This document shows positions 59,810 to 64,000 of a stretch of DNA of 64,000 bases, piece after piece. How positions within the stretch are numbered: the stretch's first letter is position 1; the number at the start of each line of letters is the position of its first letter. Made by a program: the position numbers and the translations under genes. Below the pieces are notes generated by a model that was not told the DNA's origin, did no database searches, and worked only from the letters and a program-made list of their open reading frames with translations. Source of the DNA: Fistulifera solaris (taxonomy: Eukaryota); NCBI GenBank assembly GCA_030295235.1, contig AP026127.1, forward strand, positions 682,001 to 746,000. Direction: 5' to 3'.

Positions 59810-60451
59810 ATGAGCTCAGCATTCTCGCTCCCGCCCTATCGAGTCTTCGCTTTCGGAGATTCGTTGACGGCAGGAACGTCGGGGTACGGACTTCACCCGT
59901 ACGCTCCGTATCTTGAAACTGCTATCAACGTCAATGACGAAATGAATGGAAGAGAAGTCGGTGTTCAATATCTAGGCCTACCGGGCTGGACCGCAAGAAG
60001 AATGCTGAACAATTTAGATTGCGAACGAAATGGTCTACGTGCCGCCATTCGGAACATGCAAAACCCTACACCTTCTTTGGTCATCATCCTAGTGGGAACA
60101 AACGATATGGGCAATAAATTCAAGGAACACGAGATTACGGAAAATATTCTGAAGCTTCATCAGGTATGCTATGACGAAGGTGTGCCCCGAACGATAGCTA
60201 TTGGAATTCCTCCTTCCGGTTGGCAGAGCGGGGATGCCGATGCTGCCCGACTGGCAAAATCAATCAACTCCAACATAGAAAATTTCTGTCGTGAAAATCC
60301 GGAGAGAGCTACATTTCATCCCTTTCCTTTTCACTTTGAACTCGACGGCGAAAACTGGGATGAAGATACTCTCCACTTTTCTCAGTTTGGCTATCAAGCC
60401 TTAGGCGAGAGCCTGGTCAATGTTGTGATAAGATTACTCAACGCCTCATAA
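59810..60451 (+). CDS. SGNH/GDSL esterase, paralog A
   Basis: FGDSLTAG, GLPGWT, GTND, DTLHFS. Confidence 0.9.
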   Translation: MSSAFSLPPYRVFAFGDSLTAGTSGYGLHPYAPYLETAINVNDEMNGREVGVQYLGLPGWTARRMLNNLDCERNGLRAAIRNMQNPTPSLVIILVGTNDMGNKFKEHEITENILKLHQVCYDEGVPRTIAIGIPPSGWQSGDADAARLAKSINSNIENFCRENPERATFHPFPFHFELDGENWDEDTLHFSQFGYQALGESLVNVVIRLLNAS

Positions 60452-61305
60452 CTACTGTGCATGGCAACGCAGAAGCGTCGAACGTGTCATTTGAGCGGCG
60501 CATTTTGAAATTATTCTCGCTTGGAACGTATAATGGGTGGTGGCGGAACCTCTAGTACTAAAAATGACGAACTGCGGGATTTGCTTAGTGGTAGCAAAAT
60601 TTATATCCCACTAACCCGAAAAGCTTTCTGGTAGTAGATTTCATCATTCATGACAATGCAACAGCGAGACAGCCTTTTCAAATGTTGAACTAGATTGGAG
60701 TAACTCAATATTTTGCTTTAGAACCTCAAAAAGCTTGTCACGGCTCTCAGAAATTTTTAAGAATCATACTTTGCGACATCACATTAAATGGAAACGAAGC
60801 CTTGAGCATTCTAACAGGCCAGCGTCACGAAATGGTACGTGCATTACAGCAGTTATCATGCCGATAGAAAAATTATATACTCGAAAATGTTACTCCGTAC
60901 TTTTTTACCCAAGTAAAAAGATGTCATTGAGTGTCGTCATTTTCGTTGACAATTTGAATAAATTTTAGCTACCTGGTGAGCCTTTTGCTTGCTCGCCCTA
61001 GTTTTGTGAAGCATTAGTCGGAACGGTACTCGTAAGATACGGAAAAGATCTTTCATCGGATTTACGATTTTCGCACTTATTGGGGACGACGATGACGATG
61101 ATTGATGATTTTGCACCATCGCATTTATTGTTATTGCTTATATATCCAGCATACTAATCTTGTAAAGTCCCGGGCGTTGCGTTATGCGAGCAAGGTAAGT
61201 TTTGTGTCGACATTCTTTGATAGCTAATTTCTCTTCCAGGAGACTGATATCGTCCTCGTCAGGTCATCGAAAAATTGCACTTTAATTTTCTGCGGCGCAG
61301 CTCTC

Positions 61306-62007
61306 ATGATATTGGCGTCGCTTCGTCGACAAAGTATCAGAACAGTTCGTATAATGGCTAACGCAATGAGCTCAGCATCGTCACTTCCGCCGTATCGAGT
61401 CTTTGCTTTTGGTGATTCGTTGACGGCAGGAACATCGGGGTACGAACTTCACCCTTACGCTCCTTATCTCGAGAACGCTATCAATTCCAAAGGCGGCATA
61501 AATGAAAGACAAGTCATTGTTCGACATCGAGGTCTACCAGGCTGGACTGCAAAAGAAATGCTGAACAATTTAGACGACGGACGGGCTGGCCTACGTGCTG
61601 CCATTCGGAACATTCAAAATCCTTCTCTGTCTTTAGTTATCATTCTAGCGGGCACTAATGATATGGGCTATGGATTCGGCGAACACGAAATCACGGAAAA
61701 TATATTGAAGCTTCATCAGGTATGCTACGACGAAGGTGTGCCCCGGACGATAGCTATTGGGATTCCTCCTTCCGGTTACCAGAGCGTGAATGCCGGTGCT
61801 GCCCGACTAGCGACGTCTATCAACTCCAACTTGGAGGAGTTCTGTCATAACAACCCAGCAAAGGCTACATTTCATCCATTTCCGTTTCCGTTTGTGAAAG
61901 GTGGCGAGAACTGGGATGCTGACACTTTGCACTTTTCTCGAAAAGGCTATCAAGCTCTGGGAGAGAGTCTGGTGAATGTTCTGATGGAAACACTCAAAGC
62001 CACATAA
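61306..62007 (+). CDS. SGNH/GDSL esterase, paralog B, with short Arg-rich presequence
   Basis: Same four SGNH blocks; highly similar to 59810-60451. Confidence 0.9.
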   Translation: MILASLRRQSIRTVRIMANAMSSASSLPPYRVFAFGDSLTAGTSGYELHPYAPYLENAINSKGGINERQVIVRHRGLPGWTAKEMLNNLDDGRAGLRAAIRNIQNPSLSLVIILAGTNDMGYGFGEHEITENILKLHQVCYDEGVPRTIAIGIPPSGYQSVNAGAARLATSINSNLEEFCHNNPAKATFHPFPFPFVKGGENWDADTLHFSRKGYQALGESLVNVLMETLKAT

Positions 62008-62678
62008 CCACACTTGTAAATATGCTATGCATCCTTTCTCTCTCTAGAATAGCTGAGCTTATCAATCATGCGACTCCTCAGGTTGAAATTATCGAGGTTG
62101 AAACGTAAAACGGATGGCGGCGGAACAAGCAAATTGAGCAATAACGCCGGGATTTGCTTAGTCGTGGCTCCCACTAAATCTAAATCTAAGTCGCCGCAAT
62201 CACAGAGATTATTCATCTTGTCTGGTCGTAGCTTTGATCGTTCGTGATATTCATGATGATGACGTTGTGAGAGCACGTGGAACCTGGAACTTGATTATTG
62301 TTTGGCGTCCGCGCCGAGATCCGAGATCCGAGATACCCTGTACGTACAGTAGTACGCTAAATACGAAGTCCTATGTATAGCATGAAGTCATAAGTCCACG
62401 GTAGACTACAAAGTATAGGTAAACTAAGAACTAAGAACTATTATTATTTCTTATTTGTTTCGTTCCCTGCTGTTCTCTATTTTTATGATCAAGAATCATC
62501 GACGGCCTTAGGCCTTAGTGACTTTCTAAGATTGGCAATAAGCTTATAAAGTACAGGCAGTCTTGGCTATTCTCCCAATAAACTTTCATAACGTGTTTGG
62601 TGTTTGCACATCATTCTCTGTTTTTTGGCCTCGTTACAATTTCGAGCTCATAATTTTCACAAACCAAAACTTGCAACC

Positions 62679-63496
62679 ATGCTCTTTCGATCCAGTCTCG
62701 TTGCTGCCCTTTCGGCTAGTTTCCTTCAAAGTGCTGCCGCTGAAATCACGACCGACGTCGTTGGAAAAAGCGGAAAGATCAAGATCTTTGACTCTGCCGG
62801 AATCCGAGAGGACCGAAACGCCATCATGATGACCATGGACTTTCTCTACGAGTTGGACGCCGACGAGAAAATTGTTGGAAACCAAGGCTCCCAAAAGCAC
62901 GGTACCCAAACCTTTGCCAACCAGCAGTTCACCTTTTCTGATGTCGAAGAGGTGACCTACTCCAACGTCACGGCTGATTACTTCTCCTTCGAGGCAAAAG
63001 TGTACGAAGCCGGTTCCATTAAGGTTGAGACGTACGTCTTCCGTGAAGATGGTGTCATCACTACCAGCGCCGAAGAAACGTTTGACGTCTTTGCGGGTGA
63101 CTTTAAGTTTTCCATTGAGCTCATTGATTGGAAGTGGTGCAATCCTTGCGACAGCAATGAATACGGCGCCTTCGTTGACGTCGGTATCGAGTTGAAGGGA
63201 AGCAAGGCCGAGCCGTCCGAAGAAGACCTCGGCGGTGGCATTCCTGTCATCTTGTCCAGTAAGATCTTGGCCGATAATGTCGTAATTGACATGCCCGCCG
63301 GATACCCTAAGATTGTCTCCAAAGATGCCTACGACTTGGATGGAGATGGTGTCGAAGACGGTGATGGCGACGGCAAGAAGCTCTTTATCTTCCGTTTCCC
63401 CAAGGAAGGGGATGCTACCCTTACGACTATGACCCGATCATTCGTACCAGTGGGGACACCTGCGGCATCTTCTGCCGTGCCCTTCCTTGCTTGTAA
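62679..63496 (+). CDS. Secreted acidic protein resembling the SAARP/CARP skeletal-matrix family; frameshift near 63421
   Basis: Signal peptide; GKSGKI, GDFKFSIELIDWKWC, MPAGYPK, FIFRFPK, YDP. Confidence 0.65.
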
Positions 63497-63581
63497 AAGC
63501 CCGAGGATGGATTCATAAGCGCATAACTTTACACTACAATAATAAAGGCCAATTATAATTATACAAATTATCGAATCCGTT

Positions 63582-64000
63582 TCAAGTATACCGTGATGCT
63601 TCGTGCAGTTCCAACTCATGTCCTGTGCTGTATTCGTTTGGGAACATGTGCTGGTACTCAGACCCACCCGTCAGTCTCCTCACTCGTTCCGTTAAAATGC
63701 CAAATTTACCTTGCCGAATCACAAAAACCGATGCCACAAAGCCGGCGACAAAAATCCAAAGTAATTTACAAAACGCCCCGCAAGTTGCATTCGATGATTC
63801 TCCGCCAGTTTGAGCAGGATATTGCTTCTTCTCTTTCGTAGGTGCAGTTACTGGCGACAGCGGATTCACCGGAGCAGCTACGGGTGAAAAGTTCGGCGGA
63901 ACATTGCCCGATGGGGCAAAACCTTCTTTTCAACAAGATGAGTGTAATCGCAGTGGCTTTCTGCCCATCCTACTCGGTGGTTCTTTGCGTCAAACAAAAC
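63582..64000 (-). CDS. 3' end of a single-pass membrane protein (partial)
   Basis: Pro/Ser-rich linker, TM (LLWIFVAGFVASVFVI) and short tail. It probably continues past the window edge. Confidence 0.55.

Overview
Gene-dense eukaryotic nuclear DNA from a diatom. The evidence is short GT-AG introns, very compact intergenic regions and many bipartite ASAFAP-type plastid presequences. A raphid pennate such as Fistulifera is my inference and is unverified. About 38 coding loci can be read. They include calpain, CAND1, MUS81, SPO11-2, plastid MsrA, ArfB/ICT1, ARL8, ARP4, WDR33, an ArsS-type radical SAM enzyme, a YtoQ protein and two tandem pairs of SGNH hydrolases. About 15 otherwise intact genes are broken by single-base shifts in homopolymer runs, most likely assembly errors. 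The most unusual non-coding features are: (1) two unrelated tandem arrays (223-bp and ~68-bp units) built from the same 15-bp palindrome, core CCAGA-N3-TCTGG; (2) a 218-bp satellite carrying an 81-bp hairpin element that recurs 35 kb away; (3) a degenerate ~210-230-bp repeat family in two divergent promoters. The three young arrays each lie just 5' of a lineage-specific gene. The unusual proteins are a ubiquitin-like + 2OG-Fe(II) dioxygenase + RING fusion, an ING-N + SGF29-Tudor fusion, a WDR33-KH fusion, a TSP1-repeat surface protein, and a secreted protein resembling coral skeletal SAARP/CARP proteins. I recognised no tRNA, rRNA, CRISPR-Cas or intact transposase. All family calls come from motif recognition, not database searches.
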